Positions 39,295 to 52,602 are shown, counted from the first letter of the stretch. The stretch: DNA of 64,000 nt from Mobula hypostoma (GCF_963921235.1 NC_086097.1:122204001-122268000); one strand, 5' to 3'. Notes: generated by a model from the sequence alone, not told the origin. Numbers and translations: made by a program.

Positions 39295-39875
39295 AGAGCC
39301 GTCTCTATGTCCTGAGGAGACTGAGGTCCTTTAACATCTGCCAGATGATGCTGAGGATGTTCTACGAGTCTGTGGTGGCCAGTGCGATCATGTTTGCTGT
39401 TGTGTGCTGGGGCAGCTGGCTGAGGGTAGCAGACACCAACAGAATCAACAAACTCATTCGTAAGGCCAGTGATGTTGTTGGGATGGAACTGGACTCTGTC
39501 ACGGTGGTGTCAGAAAAGAGGATGCTGTCCAAGTTGCATGCCATCTTGGTCAATGTCTCCCATCCACTACATAATGTACTGGGTAGGCACAGGAGTACAT
39601 TCAGCCAGAGACTCATTCCACCGAGATGCAGCACAGAGAGTCATAGGAAGTCATTCCTGCCTGTGGCCATCAAACTTTACAACTCCTCCCTTGGAGGGTC
39701 AGACACCCTGAGCCAATAGGCAGGTCCTGGACTTATTTTATAATTTACTGGCATAATTTACATATTACTATTTAACTATTTACGGTTCTATTACTATTTA
39801 TTCTTTATGGTGCAACTGTAACGAAAACCAATTTCCCCCAGGATCAATAAAGTATGACTACTACTACTATGACTA
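39295..39875 (+). mobile_element. Rex1/Babar-like LINE subfamily B, 3' fragment
   Basis: ORF 39345-39719 is nearly identical to the translation of 22480-22850. Tail aataaagtatgactactactactatgact. Confidence 0.9.
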
Positions 39876-40245
39876 AAACAATTCCTAACTAGTGTCAGAT
39901 GCATGCAATTGTGTGACTGTTAGACACTACACCATGCATAGACAGAGCAGAGTTTTTAAATTGTGTCGGTTGTGCGTGCTTATGTTATGTCATCCATCTG
40001 GGCCGACAGACGACGGTTCACAAAGCAGTGGGAAATAATAAGACACGGAAAGTGATGAAGATGACACAAGTGAACTTGCACTGGTGAGTACACAAGATGG
40101 CAGAAAGTTTATTGTTGGATTACATCACTTCATGCAGGAAGGCAAAGAAGGCTGTCCACTATTTGAGTTGACTTTGTTCATTTGCAGTCGGTCAAAAGAA
40201 CATGACAGCATGCACTGGATGAATTTCAACACCTATAAATAATAA

Positions 40246-42748
40246 GAAACATAGAAACATAGAAACATAGAAAATAGGTGCAGGAGTAGGCCATTCGGCC
40301 CTTCGAGCCTGCACCGCCATTTATTATGATCATGGCCGATCATCCAACTCAGAACCCCGCCCCAGCCTTCCCTCCATACCCCCTGACCCCTGTAGCCAAA
40401 AGGGCCATATCTAACTCCCTCTTAAACATACCAATGAACTGGCCTCAACAGTTTGCTGTGGCAGAGAATTCCACAGATTCACCACTCTCTGTATGAAGAA
40501 GTTTTTCCTAATCTCGGTCCTAAAAGGCTTCCCCTCTATCCTCAAACTGTGACCCCTCGTTCTGGACTTCCCCAACATCGGGAACAATCTTCCTGCATCT
40601 AGCCTGTCCAATCCCTTTAGGATTTTATACGTTTCAATCAGATCCCCCCTCAATCTTCTAAATTCCAATGAGTACAAGCCCAGTTCATCCAGTCTTTCTT
40701 CATATGAAAGTCCTGCCATCCCAGGAATCAATCTGGTGAACCTTCTTTGTACTCCCTCTATGGCAAAGATGTCTTTCCTCAGATTAGGGGACCAAAACTG
40801 CACACAATACTCCAGGTGTGGTCTCACCAAGGCCTTGTACAACTGCAGTAGTACCTCCCTGCTCCTGTACTCGAATCCTCTCGCTATAAATGCCAGCATA
40901 CCATTCGCCTTTTTCACCGCCTGCTGTACCTGCATGCCCACTTTCAATGACTGGTGTATAATGACACCCAGGTCTCGTTGCACCTCCCCTTTTCCTAATT
41001 GGCCACCATTCAGATAATAATTTGTTTTCCTATTTTTGCCACCAAAGTGGATAACTTCACATTTATCCACATTAAATTGCATCTGCCATGAGTTTGCCCA
41101 CTCACCCAACCTATCCAAGTCACCCTGCATCCTCTTAGCATCCTCCTCACTGCTAACACTGCCATCCAGCTTCGTGTCATCCGTAAACTTGGAGATGCTG
41201 CATTTAATTCCCTCATCCAAGTCATTAATATATATTGTAAACAACTGGGGTCCCAGCACTGAGCCTTGCAGTACCCCACTAGTCACCGCCTGCCATTCTG
41301 AAAAGGTCCCGTTTATTCCCACTTTTTGCTTCCTGTCTGCTAACCAATTCTCCATCCACACCAATACCTTACCCCCAATACCGTGTGCTTTAAGTTTGCA
41401 CACTAATCTCCTGTGTGGGACCTTGTCAAAAGCCTTTTGAAAATCCAAATATACTACATCCACTGGTTCTCCCCTATCCACTCTACTAGTTACATCCTCA
41501 AAAAATTCTATGAGATTCGTCAGACATGATTTTCCTTTCACAAATCCATGCTGATTTTGTCCGATCATTTCACCGCTTTCCAAATGTGCTGTTATCACAT
41601 CCTTGATAACTGACTCCAGCAGTTTCCCCACCACCGACGTTAGGCTAACTGGTCTATAATTCCCCGGTTTCTCTCTCCCTCCTTTTTTAAAAAGTGGGGT
41701 TACATTAGCCACCCTCCAATCCTCAGGAACTAGTCCAGAATCTAACGAGTTTTGAAAAATTATCACTAATGCATCCACTATTTCTTGGGCTACTTCCTTA
41801 TGCACTCTAGGATGCAGACCATCTGGCCCTGGGGATTTATCTGCCTTCAATCCCTTCAATTTACCTAACACCACTTCCCTACTAACATGTATTTCACTCA
41901 GTTCCTCTATCTCACTGGACCCTCTGTCCCTTACTATTTCTGGAAGATTATTTATGTCCTTCTTAGTGAAGACAGAACCAAAGTAATTATTCAATTGGTC
42001 TGCCATGTCCTTGCTCCCCATAATCAATTCACCTGTTTCTGTCTGCAGGGGACCTACATTTGTCTTTACCAGTCTTTTCCTTTTTACATATCTATAAATG
42101 CTTTTACAGTCCGTTTTTATGTTCTCTGCCAGTTTTCTCTCATAATCTTTTTTCCCCTTCCTAATTAAGCCCTTTGTCCTCCTCTGCTGAACTCTGAATT
42201 TCTCCCAGTCCTCAGGTGAGCCACTTTCTCTGGCTAATTTGTATGCTACTTCTTTGGAATTGATACTATCCCTAATTTCTCTTGTCAGCCACGGGTGCAC
42301 TACCTTCCTTGATTTATTCTTTTGCCAAACTGGGATGAACAATTGTTGTAGTTCATCCATGCAACCTTTAAATGCTTGCCATTGCATATCCACCGTCAAT
42401 CCTTTAAGTGTCATTTGCCAGTCTATCTTAGCTAATTCACGTCTCATACCTTCAAAGTTACCCCTCTTTAAGTTCAGAACCTTTGTTTCTGAATTAACTA
42501 TGTCACTCTCCATATTAATGAAGAATTCCACCATATTATGGTCACTCTTACCCAAGGGGCCTCTCACGACAAGATCGCTAATTAACCCTTCCTCATTGCT
42601 CAAAACCCAGTCCAGAATAGCCTGCTCTCTCGTTGGTTCCTCGACATGTTGGTTCAAAAACCATCCCGCATACATTCCAAGAAATCCTCTTCCTCAGCAC
42701 CTTTACCAATTTGGTTCACCCAGTCTACATGTAGATTGAAGTCACCCA
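40246..42748 (-). mobile_element. Young CR1 LINE, 5'-truncated within the APE endonuclease domain
   Basis: Starts at the GDFN endonuclease motif (ggtgacttcaat), contains a 754-aa RT ORF, and has a (TTTCTATG)n tail read as gaaacatagaaacatagaaacatag on +. Confidence 0.95.
40411..42675 (-). CDS. CR1 ORF2 reverse transcriptase (partial; 1-bp frameshifts near both ends)
   Basis: KSPGPDG, NYRPVSLTS, YLDFQKAFDKVPH, GVLQGSVLGP, KFTDD (canonical FADD) and RPHLEYCVQFW motifs. Confidence 0.9.
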   Translation of the reverse strand: MYAGWFLNQHVEEPTREQAILDWVLSNEEGLISDLVVRGPLGKSDHNMVEFFINMESDIVNSETKVLNLKRGNFEGMRRELAKIDWQMTLKGLTVDMQWQAFKGCMDELQQLFIPVWQKNKSRKVVHPWLTREIRDSINSKEVAYKLARESGSPEDWEKFRVQQRRTKGLIRKGKKDYERKLAENIKTDCKSIYRYVKRKRLVKTNVGPLQTETGELIMGSKDMADQLNNYFGSVFTKKDINNLPEIVRDRGSSEIEELSEIHVSREVVLGKLKGLKADKSPGPDGLHPRVHKEVAQEIVDALVIIFQNSLDSGLVPEDWRVANVTPLFKKGGREKPGNYRPVSLTSVVGKLLESVIKDVITAHLESGEMIGQNQHGFVKGKSCLTNLIEFFEDVTSRVDRGEPVDVVYLDFQKAFDKVPHRRLVCKLKAHGIGGKVLVWMENWLADRKQKVGINGTFSEWQAVTSGVLQGSVLGPQLFTIYINDLDEGIKCSISKFTDDTKLDGSVSSEEDAKRMQGDLDRLGEWANSWQMQFNVDKCEVIHFGGKNRKTNYYLNGGQLGKGEVQRDLGVIIHQSLKVGMQVQQAVKKANGMLAFIARGFEYRSREVLLQLYKALVRPHLEYCVQFWSPNLRKDIFAIEGVQRRFTRLIPGMAGLSYEERLDELGLYSLEFRRLRGDLIETYKILKGLDRLDAGRLFPMLGKSRTRGHSLRIEGKPFRTEIRKNFFIQRVVNLWNSLPQQTVEASSLVCLRGS

Positions 42749-43084
42749 AGAACTAATGTACAATTTTATAGTATTCGAGTGGTATTAATCATTTTTTAAT
42801 TTGTTCTGTATTACATTTAAGTAGATAGTTTGTTACTCAATTAAACAGTTATTTGTTTTTTTAATACCTTTTTAACTACTTCTAAGAAACTTTGGCTAAT
42901 TGAGGCAGTCGCTTAATTGGGCCAAAATGTACTGACGTGTCCCAATTAACTGGAAACCACTTTAGTTCGGCATGGACTAGACAGGCCGAAGGGCCTGTTT
43001 CTGTGCTGTAGTACTCTATGACTCTATGGTCCCTGTATTCAGATTCTAAATTGGAGAGGGGCCAAATCTGATGGCAAGGGACAG

Positions 43085-43216
43085 AAAGAATACACCAAGA
43101 AGATGGGCTACAACAGGGTACGGCTTGAAAGACTGGCCAGTGACAGAAGACTCTGCCAAGCTGCTGTCAGCAGCCTATGCCCCAATAGGGGTTTTGGGCT
43201 GAAGAAGAAGCAGAAG
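43085..43216 (+). mobile_element. RTE-clade LINE 3' end with (GAA)n tail
   Basis: 'KKMGYNRVRLERLASDRRLCQAAVSSLCPNRG' followed by gaagaagaagcagaag. Confidence 0.6.
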
Positions 43217-43224
43217 ATTATATT

Positions 43225-43435
43225 GTCAGTGACCTGGGTTCAATTCCCGCTGCTGGCTATATGTAGTTTCTACATTCTCCCTTTGACAGCGTGTGTTTCC
43301 TCCGGGTGCTCCGGTTTGCCCCCACATTGCAAAATCATATGGATTGGAAGGTTAATTGATTACACAGGTGTAATTGGGTGGTGAGGGCTCGCTGGGCCAG
43401 ACGGGCCTGTTATCATGCTATATCTCTAAATAAAA
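43225..43435 (+). mobile_element. V-domain/HE1-like SINE
   Basis: B-box gggttcaattccc, core gtttcctccgggtgctccggttt, and tail ending tctctaaataaaa. Confidence 0.75.
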
Positions 43436-44074
43436 CAAAGAAATTCAGCGAGCATCTACCGAGAGGAATAAACAGTCGATATTTTGGGCCCTTTATCAGA
43501 ACTCAAGTATAATTTATCTATAATTAGAAATAATGAACTAGATTGTTTTTAGAAAAACAAAACAAAATCACAGTCATGTAGTTCTGCATATAGTGCAAAT
43601 AATTTAATACAATTGGCAAAACCTTCAATAAATACCAGATACAAACACAAAGTGCTGGAGGAACTCTGCAGGTCAGGCAGCATCCATGGAGAGGAATGAA
43701 CATTTGACTTTTCAGACTGAGACCATTCATCAGGACAATGGATAAACTTTTACGGAACCTCTGCACACAAGCTTGGAGCTTCTGGAACTACATCTGAGGG
43801 GGTTACTTAAGATGAGGTTCCATGACCCATAGACAATGAAGAAAATTTGTAAGTACCCATGTCAGTTTTCTGACAGAAAATCCAAATTGACTTTTATCTT
43901 CTAATTGGTGCACCTCTTCCTGAATGTTTTATTTATGATGACAATGCAAAACTTAGAGAATTGTAACCTGACCCCAATCCTCTGCCAGTTTTTATTTCAG
44001 TGGATGAGTGCATCCAACGCGTCTTGTAAACATGTTTAAAAATAATGACTGGGTTATCAGCCCATGATGCCATG

Positions 44075-44622
44075 CCAATCTTTTGACCCACTCTAAGATC
44101 AGTCTAACTATTTCCTCCCATGTAGCCCTCCATTTTTCTATCAGTCATATGCATATCTAAGAGTTTCCTAAATGTCTCTAGCATATCTGCCTCTACCCAA
44201 TGCTCCTGGCATGGCATTCAACACACTCACTACTCTCTGTGCAAGAAACTTATCTCTGACCGCACCCCCCCCGCCCTTATAATTTCCTCCAATCTCTTAG
44301 AAATTGTTTCTCCTTGTATCAGCCACTTCCCCCCGGGAATAAGTCTCTGGCTATCCACTCTATCTACGTCTCCTATCATCTTATACTCTTCTAACAAATC
44401 ACTCCTCAACCTCCTTTCACTCCAAAGAGAAAGCCTTACCTTGCTCAACCTATCTTCATAAGACATCCTCTCTAATCCAGGCAGCATTTTGGTAAACCTC
44501 TTCTGCGCCTCCTCTAAAGCTTGTACAACCTTCCTTTCATGAGTTGACCAAAACTGAACACTATATTCCAAGTGTGTTCTAACCAGCTTTTAAGAGAGCT
44601 GCAACATTACCTCATGGCTCTT
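44075..44622 (-). mobile_element. CR1 3' fragment
   Basis: ORF 44230-44571 'LEYSVQFWS...QKRFTKMLPGLERMSYEDRL'. Confidence 0.8.
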
Positions 44623-45506
44623 GTTCCTTTGAAAGTACTGAACCAACTTGGAAGGTAAAATTATTTGTGTTTCACCTTATGCTTACTGAAAAATGGAAGA
44701 GGATGCCACTGCTTGTATTTCTTCTAATCTAAAAGAGAATGCAGAAAATGCCAAAATGTTTTTATTTTTGCAAGACACTGAAAAACATAATTTATGTTAA
44801 TTTATGTTAACTCATGTTTGCCCTTGTCTTATGATGTACTGTGCTGCTGCTGTATAGGCCTAACTTTCATGGCAATTAAACCCTGTTTATGTATGAAAAC
44901 TATAAACTTGAAATTCTTAAACCTAAATGAATAAAGAATGCTGTTATTTCTGAGCTAATTCCATGAAAATTGTCTGTTGGTTAGGTACTATTGTAATACC
45001 GTTTAAAATTTAAAAAAGAATATAAATGTGCATTTAAAACCTCTGGGACATGTACATTATGCTTTCACATATATATTGTGCTTATTGATTGATCCTCTAA
45101 GCTTGTATAATGCCTTTATACAGCAGAAGTCATTGTTTCGTATGATTTTTCAACAGAACACATAAATACATACCTTTACCGATGTAGTAATATATATCAT
45201 GTTGGGGGTTGCATATTTATATGTTTCATTCATCAATAAGAACAAATTTTCAATGGCAATGATGAGACAGAATTTCTAGACAAACACTTAGAATAATTCT
45301 GTAAAGAAACACTTAAGCCAGCAATAGGGATCACCAGCCTGTGGTGAGTTTTCAGGTTTTGTCTAAGGACTAGTGCACAAGGAAATAGTGTTTCTTCAGA
45401 AGGACTCCTGTAGCTTCCTTCAAAATGGCAAGCTATCTGCAGGGCAGATGGCTGTGCTCTGCATGCGGCAATGAAAACTGTCCCTGCCCTTAGCTTCTCT
45501 GCCGTT

Positions 45507-46065
45507 GGCCAAAAGCAATTTGCATCAGGCCCGGCACAGGCAGGCACTTCCCAGTCTCCATCCAGTTAAAAGGACTTACTTGCCATTCACTTCACACTCA
45601 TCAACTGCAACCTATTTAAACCCAGCTCTCATCCATAATCCTTGTTCTCTCACACAAAGCAGTCAGTCTCAACCAGTTCGCTGCTCCTAGTCTTCTGTAA
45701 CTCTGTTTTCTTGCATTGAGTACCATACTGTCTTGTTTAGAGGCCTTTTTAGGCTTGTTCTTTTGCAGTTCATTATTAGAGTGAACCCCCACCATTAAAT
45801 CACCTTAGCTTCTTTGCATTTGTGTCAAACAGCCTCTACAATTCCTGACACAAAAATATAGAGGAAATTTTTTTAGGACTCTCCACATCCAGTTAAGAAA
45901 CATATCAAACGTTTCACCCATGCCAAGACCAATAACAATATTAATTTCCCAAGAAATACTAGCAATTTGACTGAAAATGCTCTGGAATGCACGGCAGTGC
46001 CTTCACTCATGTACCAGCATATTATTGACTTCACAACTATAGCAATCAGGTCATCAGAAAGTCAC
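45507..46065 (+). repeat. Left copy of a 559-bp long-range inverted duplication
   Basis: Colinear reverse complement of 59486-60044 with scattered substitutions. Confidence 0.95.
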
Positions 46066-46732
46066 AAAAGATGAATCATTAACAGAGAGAGAGAACAAAT
46101 GGAATTTACAGCATAGGACTTTAGTATTCATCCCATTAAGTCAATAGCACGAGGTTCCTCATCACACTCTGTCAACACATCTCATGGTAGCAAATTTCAC
46201 ATTTTCACCACTCCGTTAGAAGTTTCTCCTGAAATCTACTCTCCACTGGGGATTACCGTGGTGAGCATTCTAACTAGTTGCATCACAGTCTTCCATGCAA
46301 GGGCCACTGCACAGGATCGGAAAAAGCTGCAGAAGGTTGCCAACTCAGCCAGCTCCATTATGAGCGCGAGCCTCCCCCAGCATCGAGGACATCTTTAAAA
46401 GGCGATGCCTCTAAAAGGTGGCATCTATCGGTCAGCATCCCCATCACCCAGGACATGCCCTCTTCTCATTGCCAAAATCAGGGAGGAGGTACAGAAGCCT
46501 GAAGACACACACTCAACATTTCTGGAACAACTATTTCCCCTCTGCCGTCATATTTATGACAGACAAAGTACCCATGAACACTACCACACTATTTTTGACC
46601 TCTTTTTGCACTACTTATCCAATTTCATTCTTATATATATTTCTTGCTGGAAGCATATTGGTGTGTGCCAGTGTGGCAGGAATTAACCTTTTGATATGCG
46701 CCATTATCAGCATTCAAAGCACTTGATGGTTG

Positions 46733-47500
46733 CTGACAGCTTGTAGAGTTCTTTGGTACAGGGATGATGGGGCTAATTTGGAACATGAGGGGATTGCAGC
46801 CTGGAAGAGTGAAGTATTGAAGATATCTGTGAAGACGTCAGTTAGCTGGTGTGCACACTCCCTGAATACTTGACCTGGGATGTTGTCTGGCCCAGCCGCC
46901 TTACAGGGGTTGACTCTCTGCAGAGTCCTTCTCACGAGTCCTGCTGTTACAGGCAGTGGCTTCTCACTTGGGAGTGGGGTAGCTTTCGTGGCTGGCATTG
47001 TGTTGCATACCTCAGAACATGCATAAAAGTTGCTTAGAGTGTCAGGGAGAGAGGTGTCACTGGTACAGTTGATGCTGCTTTTCCTTGCTTAGTCAGTAAT
47101 GCTGTTGATGGCCAGCCACATGTACAGAGGATCATAATTTTTGTGCCTAGATGGTCTTTGCCCTGTTGATACCTGAGCTGAGCTTTCTCCAGGCTGCTGT
47201 GAGAGCTGTTCAGTTACCAGACTTGAAGATAGTGATCCAGGACTTTAGTAGGGAGCCCATCTCATTTAGCCAGGACTTCAAGTTGAGCTGTGGGATGACT
47301 GTTGTTGAGGTACCAAAGTCATCTACAAACTTACTGACGTAGCCGATGACAGATGATGCATATTCCTCGAGGTCTGTGAATTCTCAGTTTGTGGTGGTCT
47401 TCTTGAATATCTGCCTGTTACTCCTCATTAGGCCATGCAGTGATGGTCCTCGAGACTGGTTTCTCCATTCTCATTCAACAGCAGTTGGTATCCTGGGATT
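46733..47500 (-). mobile_element. Rex1-like LINE internal fragment (pre-RT region)
   Basis: 'VNPCKAAGPDNIPGQVFRECAHQLTDVFTDIFNTSLFQAAIPSC'. Confidence 0.8.
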
Positions 47501-48109
47501 AACAGTATGGAGATGTGGTCAGAAAGGCCAAAAGTGGGCATGGGTGGGCATTTTAAGTATTACACTTGCTTGTATAAACATGATTGTTTTGCTTTTCTTC
47601 TTGTATTTGCACAGTTTGTTGTCTTTGAACAAAGGTTGTTTGTCCATCTTTGCTTGTGTGTAGTTGTTTGCACCTATTGTTTTTCTTTGTATTTACAGAG
47701 AATGCCCACAAGAAAATGAATCTCAGGGTAGTATATGGTGACATGCATGTACTTTGATAATAAAGTTATTTTGAACTTTGAACTTTGGACTACTGATTCC
47801 AGGGAAATTCTGGTCCATGATTCCTCAAAGTGAAGCAGCATCTCTTGGGATGCAATTGAGAATCATAGAATTATGCCCTGCCTCCACCGAGGTCTCGTCA
47901 CTAGGACTGTTCACTGTTTACCTTTGCTGCGCACTTCTCATGCATTTTTGGTTGATATTTTATTAACTTATTTCTGGTAATATATTGATTTATGTGCTGT
48001 GTGTGATATGTATACATTGTGGGTGCACCACAGTCTGGAGGAACTTTGTTTTGTTTGGGTGTATATATGCACAGTCAGATGACAATAAACTTGAACTTGA
48101 ACTATGCAT

Positions 48110-48305
48110 AGGGAGCATACAGGAGTCTGCCTAATCAGAAGGTGCATACTGTTTCACAAAATCACAGCTCTCCTTCCCCCATCCGCCACCCCCAGTGGAG
48201 GAGTCTGCCGTTCTCACATTGGGCTCATCAGCCACGTCGGATTCTACAAGACCTCATTGGAAACAAAGTCACCTTTGATGTTCAGGGATGATGTAAGAAG
48301 GTGAG
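48110..48305 (+). mobile_element. RTE/BovB-like LINE 3' end remnant
   Basis: 'GGVCRSHIGLISH' resembles the C-terminal C2H2-like motif of RTE/BovB-type ORFs. Confidence 0.55.
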
Positions 48306-51300
48306 AGTTCTCAGCTAGAAATGTCAACTGTTTATTCTTCTCCGTGGATGCTGCCTGGCCCACCGAGTTCCTCTATCATTTCCAGAACCTGCAGAATGGC
48401 TTGTGTTTACGATGCATTTCTCGACAGCATGACGTCCAAAGTGGGGATGTTCACTAAGGAGTGTACAAAGTTCATTCCATTTGCATTGCCTGATACGTCA
48501 TAGAACATGGAAAATACGGCACAGTACAGGCCATTTGGCCTACAATGGTGTGTCGATCTTTTAACTTACTCTAAGATCAATCTAATCCTTCCCTCCTACA
48601 TAGCCCTCCATTTTTCTATCGTCCATGTGCCTATCTAAGAATTTGTTAAATGCCCCTAATGTATCTGTTTCTACCGCTATTCATGGTACGGCATTCCTCA
48701 CACTACTCAATCTATGCCTCTTAACATCTTGTACACCTCCTCAAGTCGCCCCTTATCCTCCTTTGCTCTGAAGAGAAAAGTCCTAGCTTGCTCAACATTT
48801 CCTCATAAGACATGCTTGCTAATCCAGGCAGTGTTACCTAGACACATGGTGTTAAGTAGAGAGTAATATTTGCCATAAAGGTGTCAGGCATAAACAATCT
48901 CTATAAAGAATCCGTCCACCAACTCTCACCCTTCAATTACCTTTATATTGGTACGTAGTCATCTGAATTCAGCACAATGCCATTGCTCAGTTCAGCTTGG
49001 AGGTTTTGCTTGCCCACCACTGAGCTACTTTATGGCAGGTTTTTCACTAATAAAGTGCTGATTCCAGGAAACCTCCAGAGAGCTGGTCACCATGTATGAG
49101 GGATTGATGCAACCCTGCCTCATCATAAGGATTGTCTCCAATTTCCATTACAGACCAAGAATGGAATGCGAATTATGAATGCTTGACTTATGGACACCCA
49201 TACATCCATAAGACAAATGTCCTTTCGCAGCCTGCTCCTTCTGCACCTCACGGCTCTCCTACAATGAAGGCTCATGGTGAAACACCAGAATACATGGACC
49301 ACTTTCTGTATCTTGGGAACAAACTCTTGGCGTATTTCCATTACAGACCTAGCAGGGAATGAGATTTGTGAAATGTTTCACTTATGGACACTTATACAGA
49401 CAAACAAGCTTGCATAGAATTATTAAATTCAAGGCTCTGACATAGGTACATATGTTTGATTCTACCAAATGGCAGAACTAGTCTTTCCTCTCTCTCCCTC
49501 CATTTTTAGTAATTATTATTTCTCATTTGACTTGACTGCTTTCAATGCCACTTAATGAACCTACTCTAAGAAACTTTTGCATATGCACTGTCAAAAGTAT
49601 CCCAGTTGGCTGCATCATGGCCTGCTACTGCAGTTCCAATGGACTGGAATGAAAGAGGCTGTAGAGAATTGTGGAGACAGTCCAGTCCATCATGGGCTCA
49701 GCTCTACCCACCACCGACAGCATATTGGATCATGGTGCTTTTACAATCCAAAATTTTTTTTGGAAGTCCAGACTTAGGCATAAAAATTATGATTATTTTA
49801 TTAAGTGTTACAAGAGCAAAGAAGAAAAAAAAAAGGAACATAGAGAGGATAAAGAAGAAGACCAGTCTGAAAAGCAGTCGTGGACATCTCAAACTCAGTC
49901 CAGAGATAACAAACTTCCATTGATAATAATTAACCAATACAAGAGCCAGATTCAAGTGACATCTGCTGCTGTAAACTAGGAAAATGCAGATTGCAACTGT
50001 ATTGTAATTACTGGAAACTTTTCTGAACAATTACATGTAAATAGGTAATTATATAAAAATACAAACAACATTATGAAAGTTAGACTACAAGAAAAATAAT
50101 ACTTTTATATGCCAATCCAAAAGTCCTGGTAACTTTTGTATGGAAGAATTGATGGAAAGGTGGATATAATTTATGTTGTTGAGCAGGGAATTCTAGTATG
50201 AATGGCATTGCAGAGAATGCAGAAATGAAGACCTGTTATCACCCATGCTACTCATTAAAGAATTCTCAGTGGTGAATCTGTCCCATGAATGATGCTTGAG
50301 ATTTGCCACATCTCCATTCGCTCTTCTCCACCGTTGCTGCAAAATACATTGTGGCTCCTACAAGTGCAAAGGGCTTATCCCAAAACTAGTCAAAACATCT
50401 GATGACCTTGCTTTAAATTAACGTTAGTCCCCCAAAATCTTCATGTAATTCTTATCAGACTTCTAAAAAGCAGCATGAATATGATTGAGTTCTTGAAGTT
50501 TGATTATCATGCTTCTAACAAACTAAATTGAATGAAATATATTTCTCACCACTGAACACTTTGAAGCCTGAGGGAAATCTGTGTGAAGAACATATTGACT
50601 AGAACTACAGTGTGTACTACTGTGTACTATCATCTGTCCGTGTAAATCAATTTTGTAGGAATCCTTCCCATAAAGCATAAGACTGGATCTAATGATCAAT
50701 ATATAATGGTCAATGTACCCATTCTTTTGACTTTGCAGTGCGAGAACTTAGAATGGGAAATTGTATCCATCATTTAGGACCTCACCATGTTCTATTGTTG
50801 TTGCTGCTGAGAACAGGAGCCTCAAGTCCCACACCACTATTACCCTTCATCCATCAGGGCCCTGAATCAGCATGGATAACTTCACTCTACAACTTACGTT
50901 CTCAGTATTATTCATTTATTTGTATTTGCACATTTTGTCTTATTTTACACATTGGTGTTTGTTAGTCGTTGTGTGTTGTACTTCTTTATTCTACTGTGAA
51001 TGCCAGCAAGAAAATGAATCTCGAGGTAGTATGTGGTGACAGCTATATACTTGGATAATGAATTTGCTTTTGAACTTTGGTTCAAAAAGTCTGAATTAAA
51101 CTATTTCAGGGAAACCTATTACACCCAATTAATGAGAGATACTAAATTCTTGTTCTGTATTTGAGCTGTTGCTAACTTTTAACAGTTGCTTCATTAATCC
51201 TGTGGAAGTTTAGTGTATTGACACTGAAATCAAAGATCCTAGCCTGGATTTACCAGTTGGCTCTTATTTTTGCTATGCTGATTGGCTCTCGACTTGAAAC

Positions 51301-52564
51301 TTCAACTGTTTATTCCCTTCCATAGATGCTACCTGTCCTGTTGAGTTCCTCTAGCATTTAGTGAGTGTTGCTCAAGTTCCAAGAATTCTGCATTGTTTAG
51401 TGCAGAAATCAAGGAACATTTTTTGTTGAGCAAAGGAGCAAGGGTTCAACTTTGCAAGATAAACAGCGAACCTGGAGTGGAAAGTGGGCCACATGAATCA
51501 TAAATCTGAATTCCTGATCACAGAGATATCTCCAGGAGAGGTTTCACCTATCACCTTCCAGTTAGCCTCCTTCCCTCCTCCCCACCTTTTTATTCTGGCA
51601 CTTTCCCTCTTCCTTCTCAGTTCTGAAGAAAGGTCTCAGCCCAAAATGTCACCTGTTTACTCCTTTCCAGAGTTAATGCTTAACCTCTAGCATTTTATGT
51701 GCGTTGCTTTGGATTTCCAGCATCTGCAGACTTCCTCGGGCTTATTAGAATATGTTAGTCTTTTGATACGATTGCAGTGACATTTAATTGGATGTCATCC
51801 TCTGATGACTGCGATCAACAGAAGATGGGTAGGATAGGTCATGAATAACAGCGGAATTAATAAAAATATATAGGTAGCGAAGCCTCATTCTTTGACTAAA
51901 GATTTGCCTTGTCATCTACATTAAACCGTAGAGTAAAATGTGAAGTTTGCATAAAATCAAGTCAGCGAGGATTTTGCTGGGGGGGGGGGGAGCCCACAAG
52001 TGGTAGCTACAGAGCATGCCCACAACTTACAAGCCAAAAGCATACGTCATTGGAATGTGGGAGGAAGCCAGAGCACCCGGAAGAAATCCATGCGGTCACG
52101 GAGAGAACATACAAACTCCTTACAGAACAGCAGCAGGAATCGAACTCGGATTGGTAATCGCTGGGGATGTTAAATTACTATGTCAGTGCAACACTACCAT
52201 TTCATCCACCTATGCCACTTTGCCACCCAGGGTAGCATTGTGGTTTCACAAAGTGCAAAGATAATGGCTTTTTATGACAGCTGCAAATGGTGACAAAGTC
52301 ATGAGATAGAAACTAGCAATGACATCCAAACACACTGAGCGCATTGCAGTAGTTCAGTACTTCAAATTCCCTTTCATCTCAATTGGAAACATGGTATCTG
52401 CTAATGAATTCACATCATTCTTCCACTACAAGAGCACAAAGTCAAAAATCAATTCAAATACAACTGTGTTCGGATTTGGATCCAAGTGAATGGAAAATTG
52501 CTCCAACATACATCAAAGTTGCTGGTGAACGCAGCAGGCCAAGCAGCATCTGTAGGAAGAGGTG

Positions 52565-52602
52565 CAGTCGACGTTTCAGGCCGAGACCCTTCGTCAGGAC
52601 TA
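52565..52602 (-). ncRNA. Putative minimal type I hammerhead ribozyme in the pLTR
   Basis: Exact reverse complement of 54268-54305. Confidence 0.7.

Larger units (their letters stand above)
39145..42962 (+). mobile_element. Tigger/pogo-like non-autonomous DNA transposon hosting two nested LINEs
   Basis: TA|CAGTGGATTCCTGTAAATT at the left and AATTAACTGGAAACCACTT|TA at the right form imperfect TIRs. An acidic C-terminal transposase-like remnant lies at 40050-40230. The element splits a CR1 3' end (38930-39144 and 42963-43028). Confidence 0.7.
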
